The notes under the pieces: generated by a model | The model's input: the letters and a program-made list of their open reading frames with translations, nothing else | Database searches by the model: none | What the model was told of the DNA's origin: nothing | Position numbers and translations under genes: made by a program | In this document: one piece after another, positions 41,550 through 55,519 of the stretch | Layout of the letters: the number at the start of each line of letters is the position of its first letter | How positions within the stretch are numbered: the stretch's first letter is position 1 | From: the human T2T-CHM13v2.0 reference genome, Homo sapiens | Assembly: GCF_009914755.1 (NCBI RefSeq) | Contig: NC_060928.1 | Direction: 5' to 3' (one strand) | DNA length: 64,000 nucleotides

Positions 41550-41774
41550 ACAATGAGAAAATATGGACATAGGGAGGGGAACATCACACGCCGGGGCCTG
41601 TCAGGGGGTGTGGGGCTAGGGAAAGGATAACATTAGGAGAAATACCTAATGTAGGTGACAGGTTGATGGGTGCAGCAAACCACCATGGCACATGTATACC
41701 TATGTAACAAAACTGCACATTCTGCACATGTATCCCAAAACTTAAATTATAATAATAATTAAAAAATCTACATC

Positions 41775-42030
41775 TACATGATTCCATTTTTGTGATATTC
41801 TGGAAAAGGTGAGATTATAAGAAAAGAAAACAGCTCAGTGATTGCCAAGGGCTGGTTTGGGGGGAAAGGGTTGATTACAAAGGAGCAGTAAGGGGAAACT
41901 TTTGGGGTGATGGGCAGTTCTGTATCCGAATTGTGGCGGTTACATGACTGCATTCATTTGTCAAAACTCATAGCAGTTCACTTTAAAAAGTGAATATCCC
42001 TGTATTTAAGTTTAAAAAGTAAATAAAGAT
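41775..42030 (+). mobile_element. Old L1M 3'UTR, right portion (continues 34557-35937)
   Basis: atgattccattt...ttctggaaaagg...cagtgattgccaaggg...catttgtcaaaactcatag. Confidence 0.88.
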
Positions 42031-43596
42031 TAACACCTTATGTAAATGTCTATCAACTGAGGACTGTTCAAATAAATTATAGGCCACTTCCCAAAGGAAT
42101 ATAGTATTCCTATCAAAAATGAATAAATAGATTTATATGTAATAGCAGGAAAAGCAAGTTGTAGAAGTTTAGGCATATGGTGATTCCATTTTAAGGACTA
42201 TATGCACAAGCATGTTAGGAATTATATAGGAAAAATTATGGAGAAATATTCTCCAAATAGTAAGAGAAGTTGCATAAGAGACTTTCATTTTCTGTGATTT
42301 GCATATTAAAATAATGTATGGAGTTTTTAAACAGATTTTTTTCATAATACAAAATTTTAAAGCTATAAAATCTTATGTCTCAAGCTGAAGACATGCATGT
42401 ATTTTCCCAATAAAGCACAGAATTTAAGTGATTTCATGACAGGTTCTTAAAAATGAGTTTCAGCAATAATTTGAAATGGAAACTTGATTCTGAGTACATT
42501 ATAGAAGCATTTGTGTTGCCAATCAGTAACTGTCTGACAAGTTAGAATATGTTATGTAACCAATGAAAATGGCCAACCAATATGACACAAATCCTGTAAG
42601 CACAGGTGCATGTAAAAGTGATGCTTTTACAGCCCCCCAACCTTAACTCTTTTTGGACACTATGTTGTCTCAGATCTGAAGTTGTCTTTTCATAGAAAAA
42701 TGTCTAATCTCTTTAAAACCACATATATCTGTTATATTTATGAGACCTGAGAACTCATCCTGGCAAAGCAAGGCCAAGGAAAAAAATCTATTGATAAACA
42801 TGACAACAATCCAAAAATGAACATAATGTCACAGTTCAACCAAACCCTGGGGAATATAGATCTTGGATATCTGCTTGGAACATGACACTTCATTGCAAGC
42901 CAGAATATGAAAATTTTTATTAAGTCTGCATTCAGTGAAAAGAAAATTAGTGGTGCTCTGGATCCTTCTAAGAGGGTTGGCCAATGTTAGGCTGTAAGTG
43001 TAATACTTTTTGAATAATAATTGGTAACACAAAGTGACTCTTGGAATACCACATGCTCCCAGAATTTTCCTTAATAAGAACAGCATGTTAGAAAGATAAT
43101 TCTGAAAAGAAAAACGAATACAAGTCTAGAAGAAGTCATGTTTTCTGATTTACTGAGCTCTTTACTGGCATTTACTGGAATCCAATAGAACTCCAGCCTC
43201 CTGGAGTTGGCAAATCCTTTCATGAGTCTGAGGAGGGTTCCATGAAGCAGGAAATCTGCCAAAATGAAATCACCTTTCTTTGGCCCACCCTCAATTGTAA
43301 AGACAACTGGATTGTCTTGGATACAACTCTTCAGATTGATAATTGGGCTCCTTTATATTTCCTTACAGATGTTCAAATGTTCACAGAAGAGTTTGTTTTA
43401 AACAGTTTTCATTGTAAAACAGTTTGCTTTTAATTAAAACAGACTTGCATGGAGAGTTTCATGAACAAATCATGCCTGACATCTGAAGCCTCTGAGCCTT
43501 GTCCATTATGAATTTTACTCTAAGTATAAAACGATAGGGAGAAAGAACATGGAAAATAAAATGCCAGGTTGTTAACAGAAAAAAGAAGACATTTAA

Positions 43597-43900
<304 letters not shown>

Positions 43901-44599
43901 TAAAGTATTTTAATACCGACAAAAATATTTCCTTAAACAGGATTTGAATTCTGAGCTTTCCATCTACCAGCACTATATATTCCCTTTCCAGGTAGCAGTT
44001 TGGCTACTCTAGTCTAGTGCCTTCAGAATTCTGAAAAGCTCTTCTGGGCTTTCACTTTCCATTTCATCAAAGAGAAAAAGAGATTCAGTCTTCCTTTATG
44101 GGAACCCCATTTGGGATCAGAGTTTGGCTCTCAGGCCACGGTCTAAAACATATACATACCATATGTGTTCAATAAATGTTCATTTTTTTCTTTCTCATCC
44201 TTTGTTCTCTACTCTCTTATTTCCAATCCAGTTTGCATGTCCAATTATCAGGTCTATCAGAATAAGCCTTAAAATACCAATTTCATTAGGTGACTTTCTT
44301 GCTCAAAATCTTCCAGTGACTCCCAGCTGCCCATAGAATGTAGCCTGAACTTCTCTTCCTGGTATTCAAGGCCCTCTGTAATCTGACTACAATATACTTT
44401 AAAATTCTCTAACACACTTTAAAGACAAATTTCTATTGGGCCAATCTTCTCACCAATTCCTGCCTTTAAGTGCCAGGCCCTAACCAAATTTCTCACTGGG
44501 CCTGAGTTTAGGCATATCTTTTGCAAGAGGATTGGCTGCTCCACTCCTGCCCCGATAGATCACAGTAGCCTTAGTATAGCTACCAGGTAAGGGTGCCTC

Positions 44600-44800
44600 C
44601 TGTATATCATGCACTTTTCATACATTATCTTTTTTCATCATCATAATAACTTGTAAAGACCACATTCTGATTCCATTTTACAAATAAGGAAGTTGGAGCT
44701 CAGTGACATTGTGACGTAAGACCATGTTGTTGTTATGAAGTGGTGAAAACAGGATTCTCTCCTAAGACGGTTGCTAGAGCCATTGCTCTGCCCCTGCCTC
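44600..44800 (-). mobile_element. MIR SINE within degenerate L2 remnants (about 44280-45030)
   Basis: ttccattttacaaataaggaagttggagctcag. Confidence 0.7.
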
Positions 44801-47236
44801 TATGCTGACTTCATTCATCTCTTCTGCTCTGAACCTTGTCCAGTTTTATCTTTGGAATCACTTATTTGACACTTACACTCCTTCTGTCTTGAACTGGTAA
44901 TTACATGATCCATTTGTGCTTATCTTCCCAACACGGCTGTTAGAGGGCAGTGGCTTCATGCTATTAACAAATCACCTCCATCAGCATTGAGCATAGTACT
45001 ATGGCATAGCACAAATGCAGTGGGTGAGTATGTTCTGAAATCCTACTTATAAACTTCTTTTTGAGTTGAATTCTCCCTCAGACCTCCTGTTTTTGTTTAG
45101 AGTGCTGTTGCTCTTTGCTGAGTTAATGTTATCAAATGAAGCAATATATCTTTATCTGAGACCATGTAACTACCGCAGCATGTAACTCAATATGAGAGAG
45201 GGAGGTGAGCTTGACTCAAATGTCAATTTTCTAAAATTAACAAAGTATTTATGAATGAATGAACTTACATGAGTCATCTGAAGAAGGATCTTTATTTATA
45301 AATAATCCACATTGGAATTTGATTTTTTTTCTCCAACCATACCTCAATTTCATAAGATGGGGTTCATTTGAATCAAAATTTAATGTCCTACAATGCAATA
45401 AAAATGAAACAATGTGAGATTCCATATGCTTCTCATGGAAGCTTGCTAGTCTGTAAAATGGAAAGTACCTAGCCATGTTTAATGTAGATACTTTGCTTTG
45501 CTCTATTTGTCTAAAAATTTCCGAGGAATGCCCTGAATTATGCAACTATAAATATCTCTGTTCTTTGGGTTTCCTATCTTTTCTGCAAACTCCAACCACA
45601 TTAAGTTCTTCCAATGCATGCTTCTTACTCATTGCCTTTTAGTAGTGGGTTCATTATAGAACTTCCAGCATTGTCGATAAGAACTGTACTTTTTTGATGG
45701 TTCATGCCTTACTGAAAAATTTGTGAAAGACCTTTATCAAGAGTGAAAATGATAACTAATTTTGAAAACAAAGGTTAAAAGATTTTAAACCTGTTGATAG
45801 AAAATCTTTCATGAATGAGATAAAACCTCTGTTGAACTTAAATAATTGCCTAGGTTTGAGAAGTTTATTCATTTCCCTTATTTGGTGAAAGAAAAAGAAA
45901 AAGAAAACCACAGGAACTATTCAGTCTATAAATCTGATACTAGACATATGCTATGCATATTTTCATAAAGACTTTTATTATGTGATCCTTAAGCAGCATA
46001 TCCGTGCCATATGGGCAGACTGGAATATAAAACATATCTCTCAGAAAAGCTATTATTGGGTCAATAATATGCTAATTAAAAGGGTTTATGCAACCATCTG
46101 TGGGATCCCCAATGGCAGACGTTTGTTTCTAGAACTGATAGTGCTGCAGTATCTTATGGTGCCTCCTACAGTGTTATGGATGCTTGATACAGTTTCACTG
46201 ATGGTGATGGAACAGAGGTGTTGGTAAACCTGGTGAATTCATAAGGTATGTTTTACACTTAACAGAGATTTACAATCACTGCACATAACTTGGTAGATTT
46301 AAAGGGTTTCTGTGGAGCTAAGTTCCTCTAACTACCATTCTATTCAAAATAAATCAACATTACATTTACCTGTTTACCATACTTGCACACAGTAAAACAG
46401 CATTTAAATCAGGAGATGAGATGTCCAATGAGAGTAACTAAGTGATTAACTGTGCACTCCAGTTACCAGCTTTTGGGAAGGGTAAAAATTTAGTTTTGTA
46501 AAAGTACTGGGTAAGGATGAGAGAAAGGATGAGAGAAAGAATGATCCACATTGTTTCTTCAAAATGCCTTTGAAAATGGAAGTGTTCACCTTGTACATGT
46601 GGTTTAAGGATGGTTTGATGTAGCCCTTAGGAAATTCACACATTACTGCTTCAAAAACCATGCTTCACTATTTCAGTGGTAATATAATTACTTGTTGTTG
46701 GTGTTAAAATACTTGAGTTTTATTCTTTTCAGGCATTCCATAGCATAGCTCTGTTTCCCAGAGTGTATCCACTTCTTCCATCATTTGCTACCCTCAAGAG
46801 TTTCCTTATTTTTATATTCATCCTCTTTTCAGTAGTGACAGCATGGAGCATAAATGTTCCACTTTGTTAAGACAAGCTGAGGGACAAATAAGCTATGTCA
46901 AAAGAATAAAACATATCTCAAATATACCTAAGAGCCAGGACCTGGTCTCATGGGTCTAACAAAGGGACACATACACTTCTCTCAGCAGAGCTGTAAAATG
47001 CTTCTGCTGACTTCTGGGCCCTTTAGTAATCAACAACTCTAATGTGGTTTACAAAGCTGGTCTCATTGGAGACTGCAACAGGGTTTTCTCTCATTCTCTA
47101 TACACCACGGTGGTGGATTTGCTATCTATTCCTCAATCCAAATCCGGAAATGCGTAAAATCATTTCACTGTTTTCAACCATCTGCTATTATAGACATTTA
47201 TTTCTATGTAAGTAGTATAAAGCTTCTTCTAAAAAA

Positions 47237-47265
47237 TGTGTGTGTGTGTATATATATATATATAT
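47237..47265 (+). repeat. (TG)n(TA)n microsatellite
   Basis: Directly visible. Confidence 0.95.
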
Positions 47266-48869
47266 CATCAAAAGATCCAAGAACACTGGGCCTTCATTCC
47301 CACAGGGACGCAATCAGCTAAGGCTGAGCAAAGGTGTCCCTTCCCTGTGGTATAATTTAGCATGGTTCAACACACCATGTTCTTTGCCTTTCTCAGTCCA
47401 GTAGAGAAAAAGGAAATATGTACTGGACTTCCTGGAAATTGGAACTTTAAGGCTGGATCTAAATATTACAATACACAAATAAATAAAATATACATTTTCT
47501 TGTGACACATCTGGAAAATGTACATGGAGGATCTGGTATAAGATAAAATATTCTCGAAAACAAAATCTCTACATATTAGTTTCCTCCTTTTCTTCCCCAA
47601 CCTATTTTTTTTGTTTTTTTCAGCGAATTCAGCCATTTTATCCTAATGTCCTCCACTTACACACATTAGATTTCCAAGTGAAGTAACAAAACGGAGCCTC
47701 AGAATCCCCTGGAGCTGACCACCTTTCTTGGAGCAGCCTCCTGTAGTTTCTCCTTGGGACTATGGATTGTCATCTAAATGCTATCCCTGGTTTGTCTTGG
47801 GGCAAGGTTGGGCTGAATCTTCACAGCCGGAGGTATTAGGACTTACTCTACTTATTCTGTTTTTTGGAAAAGGGAAACCAGAAAGCACGTGAAACTTTAT
47901 AAGTTAGAAAAACAACAGGGCCACAGACACTACTTCTAAAAATAAATACCACCTCGCCATTTCTGACCACGGCAGTGGGTTCAGCTACCAATAAAATCCG
48001 ATTATATTATGTATTAATTGAGTGGCTTTCTATTAAGAGAGGCAGGGGTGAGAGGGAAGGAGGTTAGGAAAACATCTCAATAAAGCTCAGCTTCACAATG
48101 CTGAAGGCAATAGCAAATCAGATGGAACCAGGAAAGGCACTGTGGGGAATCTGATGAAGCCCACGTCAGTGACAAGTGAAAGAAAAGGGATGGCATTGAG
48201 CCAAAAGGAGGAAGAAAACAGATGGCAGCAAAATTAAAGCATCTGATTAGGCTGGAGATCTTAGCTGTCAACTAACAAATGTAAATAAATTAGGGAGACT
48301 TGACATATAAAAAATAGTGCTGAGAAAAGAAATCAGCCATGCTTAATTTTAAATAATTGGTGACCATGTTGCTGTGAAATCCATGCATTTGTCAACAAAG
48401 ATTAGTTAAATTGAAGAAATATAAAGTGAAAAAATAATAATTATCTGGAACAAAATTTCTAGATAATTGTAACAAAACACGAGGGTCAGAGCAGTGGAAG
48501 GTGTTGAAGTGTGCTAAAAATCCTATCTTGTTGAATAAAAAAAGCAACTTGCAAAACAGTATTACTTTTAATATCGTTCCACTTTTTATGTACTACAAGA
48601 AAAGACTTTGTGAGGATACACACCAGATTTTTCAAGTGGTAACTGGAAATGGAGAATATTTGGGTACTTCGGTATTATTTAAATATTTAAAAAATGAACT
48701 TTTAAAAAATATTCTTTTAAAATAAACACTTACAAACCTTTAAAAAATAATATATTTCCCAAAGTATATTTTCAAAATATGAAATCTCTCTTATTTTTTG
48801 ACATTGATACACTGATTATTTGCTTCCTGTGTTTCAATAGTAAAACATGTCACAGTTAATGTTAGACGC

Positions 48870-49370
48870 TGTGGTAGCCCCGGAGTTCACTGTTCAAACT
48901 CTTTCAAGAAAGAACTTGCCTTTGAGCTGCAAGGAGTGCAATTAGTAGACAGCTGCCAGCTGTCACCCCATTGGCATCCTCCTTAGCTTTTGAGATGGGG
49001 CCACAGTCCTCCTGGTCAGTACCAGCCAATAACAGAAGATGGTGAGGGCACTAGGACCTGGCCATTTCCTCCTAATGAAGTCTTCTCTAATAGTCAATCT
49101 TTAATCCCCAATTCCCCCTGGGGTTGGTACACTTGTCAGACCTGCATCAGAGTCTGAGGCTCTACCTCCCCAACCCTGCTTCCCCCACTGTCCTTTCACA
49201 GTTGTCAGATTTACATCACAGCCCAAGGCTTTCCCTGCTCAAACTGCAATCCTGCTCCCTCCCCCTTTTATTTTTCAAAGCCTTTATCTCGTCCTCCCAC
49301 CTACCATAAAGCTCTTGCACTTCGAACTCTGTCTCAGCACCTGGTTTCTGGAGAACCAAATCAACAGACA
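48870..49370 (+). mobile_element. LTR16-family ERVL solo LTR
   Basis: tgtgg start; gacagctgccagctgtc...cagccaataac...ctggccatttcc...ttgtcagacctgcatc...ctctgtctcagcacctggtttctggagaacc...gaca end. Confidence 0.75.
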
Positions 49371-49399
49371 CTTTTTGGGGTTCCACATACTTTACAGGA

Positions 49400-49581
49400 A
49401 CTTCCTTCCTTCCTTCCTTCCTTCCTTCCTCCCTCCCTCTCTCCCTTTCTCCTTCTATATACTTTACAGGATTCCTTTCCCTTTCCCCTTCCCATTCCCC
49501 TTCTCTTTCTCCTTCCTTCCTCCCTCCCTTCTTCCCTCCCTCCCTCCTTTCTTTTTTCCTTTTTCCTCCTCCTCCTCCTTC
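49400..49581 (+). repeat. Pyrimidine-rich (TTCC)n/(TCCC)n low-complexity tract
   Basis: Directly visible; source of the spurious ORFs 49216-49608 and 49315-49635. Confidence 0.95.
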
Positions 49582-50859
49582 AAAGGGGAATTCCTCTCTC
49601 CACCCCAACCCTGTAATTCCTTGCCAAGCCTTTAAAAAAAATCATATAGCTCTGTCCTAAGATTATTGGCAGTGTAGGAAGCAGACACATAATCTGTCTC
49701 CATCTTTACATAGTGAGTCAATTAGGAGGCAAGAGTATTTCTGTTTTTTTTTTTTCCTTTTTGTCTGCACATAAACTGTATCCACTTAACTCCCCACCCC
49801 AATTCCCACCTCCACCCCCAACCCCCCCCTCCCCGCCCACAAAAAACTTGCTTTGAGTCTGGGGTGAGCCGTGGTAACTTATAGTCACTTAGTAGCTACT
49901 AAAAATATTCTTAAAATAAGCAATGCTACTGCAATAGAAAATTCAACTAACAAATCTGCCATCTGCATTCAATGGACAATAGTAGGAGAATAGCAATATT
50001 GCCCTGATGACAAAGTGTGATCCCCAATACATCACAGCAAAGAGGTGAGTTTCACAAATATTCAGGTTACCTGGAAGAGAATTCATGTACATTTATAGGA
50101 TTTTACTGTTTCCTTTGTACGAGGTTTTACTAATATTGTTGCTTTTGATTGCATACACTCTACTGGAATTCATTTATTATTTGTTTTATAGTGTGGATTT
50201 TTAGTTATTAGTATTCAACAAAATATAGTACTGGTATTTGCTTTTCTAACCCCATAAGTATGGTATGGGCACTTAATTTGTAAATGCAATTTGTGTTTTA
50301 TTGCCTGCTGGGTTCTAGTATTCTACGGCCAATGTATTTCTTTTTGGATATGTAATTTAGCTTTAAAAGCTTAATTTTTAAAGGTTTGAATACTACTATA
50401 TATCCAGAACTTATTATTTCGTATACTATACAAATAAATTTATAAATAAAAATAGCTTTTCTTATCCTCTGTATAATAAAACATACTTAAATTTTTAATT
50501 TCTCTCAAAATTTCCTTATAAAATTAGATTGCATCTTACATATCTGAGTATATCTTATATTCTGCCAAATAAGGGATTTTGTGTGTGTGCTTAGCAATAA
50601 CTCTTGGCATAGATAGATAGATAGAGTGGGTGTTCAAAAATGCTTATTTGATGACTGAATGAATTAATCTACCAATTATTTACATATTTTGGAAAATAGA
50701 AAATAGTCTGTGGCTATCTCAACTTAAGATCCTGTCAACTAAGAAAAATTTTAACATGCCATAAAATGTTCTTCATACGCTAATTATCTCATAGTTATAA
50801 TCTAACTTCTTAAAATATAAATGTTTACTATTTGTGAAATGAAAAAAAAAATCTATAGC

Positions 50860-51020
50860 TTTGTAGAGCTGGAAAGAGATCAGTTTGCTAACCATCCCAT
50901 CTTAAAGATGGGGAAACTAAAGATCAGAGGTCACTTAACTATCCAGAGGCTACACACAGCTATGAAGGTGCAGAAGTGGGCCCAGAATGCAGCTCTCTAA
51001 TATTTTCAGCTTAGTTTTCA
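50860..51020 (-). mobile_element. MIR fragment
   Basis: cccatcttaaagatggggaaactaaagatcagag...acacagct. Confidence 0.7.
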
Positions 51021-51135
51021 TTTCTCTTCTACCATGAGGTTGAAATATCCATACTAAAAAATCTTTTCAAAACAAATATTCAGTACCTATGAGGATGGAG
51101 TCAGCAGTGGCATAAATTAAAATGAATATTTTAAA

Positions 51136-51430
51136 TTTTATTTTTATTTTTTTAGAGATGTGGTCTCATTCTGTCACTCAGGCTACAGTGCAGTGGTGTG
51201 AACACGGCTCACTGCAGCCTTGATCTTCAAGCAATCCTCCCCTTTCAGCCCCCCAGGTAGCTGGGACTACAGGTGCGTGCCACCACACTCAGCTAATTTC
51301 TGTACTTTTTTGTAGAGACAGGTTCTCATTATGTTGCCCAGCCTAGTCTCAAACTCCTGAGCACAAGCAATCTATCTGCCTTGGCCTCCCAAAGTGTTGG
51401 AATTACAGGTGTGAGCCACTGCGCCTGACC
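51136..51430 (-). mobile_element. AluJ
   Basis: Antisense Alu with J features (cactgcagccttga, gcaatcctccc). Confidence 0.92.
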
Positions 51431-51523
51431 TATACCATTTTTTAAAGAGCACAGATTTTTTTTTTTTGTGATATCCAGAAAATCATAAAGTAAGATATGC
51501 TCTGGAAAATGTTGCAAAAGTAA

Positions 51524-51887
<364 letters not shown>

Positions 51888-52081
51888 AAAGCTATGTGTT
51901 TTTGTGATGTGTGTAGTAATTATTTTCCCAAGTTTTGACTTCTTTTCATATTTCAGTAATAAATATTTACTGAATGCCTACTATATTCCAAAAATTGTTC
52001 TATAACTTAAAGATCATAGATTTAAAAAACACAAAGTTCCTGCTCCCCTGCCATTCTCAAAAGTGTGAAATCCCAATTCTC

Positions 52082-52389
<308 letters not shown>

Positions 52390-52984
52390 GCCCCACAATT
52401 ATCTTCCAAGTATTTTCTTTGCAGGTTGTGTCTTCTTGACTCCTTAACTATCTGTTCCTCATGATATCTTCCTCTCACCTGTACCACGCACACTAATGCA
52501 CACACATGTACACACATACACTTCTATCAGGTGACTGACATGCATGTTACACCGTCTTACGATTTTAAAATTCAGAATGACTTTACTCTTTTCCAATTTT
52601 TGGCTCTGTGGTTCCATTTAGGTTGTTTCTATCCAAAGAAAGCCAGGAATGGCATATTTATTTCTTCCCCCAAACTCCAAGGTGTGCTTTGCTAGTTTGT
52701 TTTCCTTAGAGAAATGAGGTTTAAACTGTCTCAGAAATGGGCATCTCCAGTAGGTAACCTTCTGGACTTGAACTGATAATATTTTGCAGGGGTGTCTAAT
52801 TCTTCTGAAAATGTGACAGCTCTTCGACCTGACAGCCCTTCTGCCCTGACTGGTCACATGTGAGGGAATGTGTGTACTGTCTGGTGACTGCTAAATGTGG
52901 CCCAGGCATTCACTTACCCAGTGCACAAGACCCAGCAGCATCACCAGCAAGGTAGCTTGAAAAATCTTTTAATTAAATATTCTA

Positions 52985-53300
52985 GGCTACGCGCAGTTGC
53001 TCAGACCTGTAATCCCAGCACTTTAGGAGGCCGAAGTGGGTGGGTCACCTGAGGTCAGGAGTTCAAGACCAGCCTAGTCAACATGGCGAAATCCTGTCTC
53101 TACTAAAAATACGAAAATTAGCTCAGTGTGGTGGTGTGTGCCTGTAGTCCCAGCTACTTGGGAGGCTGAGGCATGAGAACCACTTGAACCTGGAGGCAGA
53201 GAATGTAGTGAACCGAGATCGTGCCACTGCACCCCAGCCTAGGTGACAGAGCAAGACTCTGTCTCAAAATGAATAAATAAGTACATACATACATACACAC
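52985..53300 (+). mobile_element. AluS (Sx-like)
   Basis: Full dimer; (TACA)n tail; TSD atattcta / atactcta. Confidence 0.93.
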
Positions 53301-53370
53301 AGACATACTCTAAAACTTAGAGAGTCACTTTAACCTTTGCAGTATTGTCTTGACCTAAAAAAATGAAGAT

Positions 53371-53894
53371 ACTAGGTGTAGTGGCTCATGCCTGTAATCC
53401 CAGCATTTTGGGAGGCTGAGGCAGGAAGATCCCTTGAGCCCAGGAGTTTGAGAACAGCCTAGGAAACATAGGGAGACCCTGTCTCTACAGAAAATAAAAA
53501 TAAAAAATTAGCCATGGGTGGTGGTGCATATCTGTGGTCCCAGCTACTAAGTAGGTTGAAGTGGACAGATCGCTCGAGCCTGAAAGGTCAGGGCTGCAGG
53601 GAGCTGTGTATCTCAAATGTTTTATTTCGATGGCCCTCCAGGCCCTGGGTCATCTGGCTCCTGCCTCTCTTCTCATTGGGCTTCAGCCATGCTGCCTGCA
53701 TTCCTCCAACTCCCAGTGCCCCTTCTTGCTTCCTCTAAAGCTGCTCACATCCTCTGCCTCCCCATTTCCTGTCATCTGTCAGGTGGAAGCTTAGGGAGGC
53801 CTTCCCTGGACTCCCACACACCACTACACTCCAGCCTGGGTGACTGAGCGAGACCTAGTCTCAAATAAATAAATAAATAAATAATAAAAATAAA
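53371..53894 (+). mobile_element. AluJ interrupted by a 200-bp non-Alu insert (53612-53811)
   Basis: Alu runs to ...gctgcagggagctgtg and resumes at acaccactacactccagcctggg...(TAAA)n. Confidence 0.92.
53612..53811 (+). repeat. Direct-repeat copy of 55657-55856
   Basis: 200 bp, 5 substitutions, no indels by manual comparison. Confidence 0.97.
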
Positions 53895-54289
53895 GCATCA
53901 AAACATTAATCTTAGGAATCTTTTTCAGCTTGTGGAGTAAATCAGATGAACAGTGTGTGAGAATTGGAAAACGTGTCCCAAAGAATAAGCACAACAGAAT
54001 GGCGTACCTTCTTTCAACCCAGTTCAGTTTAACACAAGAGACTTCACACGGTTAATTCCATGTGGAAAGGACATTTTCTTGCTGGAAACAAATTTTAATC
54101 TTTGTGAGTCTGGAATTCACTAGGAAGAACACAAGATATGATACCAAGAATGTCTGCCCAGCCTTGCCATTAGAAGTCTTGTGACATGGAACTCTGTCTG
54201 GCACACTCATAACCTTAATGCAAGAGGATGGTAAAGAGGAATGTTTAGTGACCTGAGTGTAGATTATTGGTACTAATAGTAACAATCAC

Positions 54290-54500
54290 AGTAACAACAA
54301 ACAGTGGTATAGTGCATACCATGTGCTATTCACTGTGCTATGCACTCTTCATAACCTATATTAACTTATTTAATCGTCACAACAGACCTGAGGGTCAGTC
54401 TACAGAGGTTAAATCACTTGTGCAAGCTTACATAGCCGAAGTAGGATTCAAACCCAGGCAGTCTGGGTTTCTGGTGCTCTAAACCACCATGTTTCACTGC
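54290..54500 (-). mobile_element. MIR SINE
   Basis: tttaatcgtcacaac...gaggttaaatcacttg...ggattcaaacccaggcagtctgg. Confidence 0.85.
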
Positions 54501-54574
54501 CATTAGCTATCGTCTCCTCCTTGTTTTGTTCCCAAATGACAGAATAATGTTAAAGAGTGAGCAGAAAGGCAGCA

Positions 54575-54730
54575 GGGCATAGTGAATGGAAGGCATGCAT
54601 CAGCTGGAATCATGAATCTTGCCTGGTTCAGCCTCCTGCACCAAGCTGCCTAATCTGAGTCTATCTCTTTAAAAAATTTCTGATAATGATAATGACTACC
54701 TTATGTCAGAAAATTAGATAAAATGCACAG
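54575..54730 (+). mobile_element. MIR fragment
   Basis: gcatagtgaatggaaggcatg...taatctgagtct...gataatgataatgactacct. Confidence 0.5.
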
Positions 54731-55519
54731 ACAAAATGCTCTCTCTCAGTGGAGGGGTTATAGGTCATTTTGTTGATGTTTTTGTTTTATTTGAGGTCAT
54801 TTTAATTTCCTTCTTTTGGGTTTTCAGTATTTTAAAAAATTCTTTGATTGGCATGTATTCATTCATAGATTCAGCATTCAGCAAATGTTTATTTACTCCT
54901 GTTACAGGCTATAGACGTTAAACAGGAAAAAATAAAACACAATAGAAAATATTTTGATATGTGTACATGAGTCCGCAAACACTCGAATGTCACATGCAAA
55001 GGTAGTCATATAATGGAGGTAAGGAATTTCTTTCTCTAAAATTCTATGTTTAATGTTGTTTCTGTGGCCACTTTTGAGATCAGCAAATAAAAAGAAGTCT
55101 TAAAAACACCTTTAAGTACTTAAGAGAAGCAAGATCTTACCAGGATATCTTATTCCCCCAATAATGGTGGACAAATGAGGTGTTGATTAGACATTTTCAA
55201 AATGGCACAAAAGGCAGTCATGAGCACTGCTTTCTAACAGCTCCAGATTAAGTGGCAGCAAACCTCACCAGCAACAGTCTGGCTAAATAGCTGTCGTGAT
55301 TAAACGAATCAAGATAGGTTGTAGAGGAGGCCATGAGGAATACTTCAAGATGACAAAGCTCAGAATTGGATTAGATTATTCTAGTTCAATAAAACAGATA
55401 ACATCTCTATGTCTGGAACTGAAAATTACAGCCATCCCCTTGAAGCTGGAGAGTTTTGCACACAGTGGTGGGAGGCTATGAAGAAAGAACAAAAACCAGG
55501 AAAAAGCCAGGCAGATAAT

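Larger units (their letters stand above)
35938..41762 (+). mobile_element. L1PA7-like LINE-1, truncated within the 5'UTR, inactive
   Basis: About 270 nt of 5'UTR, then ORF1, ORF2 and 3'UTR; TT|AAAA site at 35923; TSD aaaaggctacatc (35925-35937) / aaaaatctacatc (41762-41774); 3'UTR gtaggtgacaggttgatgggtgcagcaaaccaccatggc is PA7-like. Confidence 0.93.

Noticed and set aside
49216-49635. 130-aa and 106-aa ORFs on opposite strands
   Set aside because: Low-complexity translations of a TTCC/GGAA tract
50465-50575. Faint resemblance to a Tc2/MER104-type transposon end
   Set aside because: Too diverged to call without a profile search
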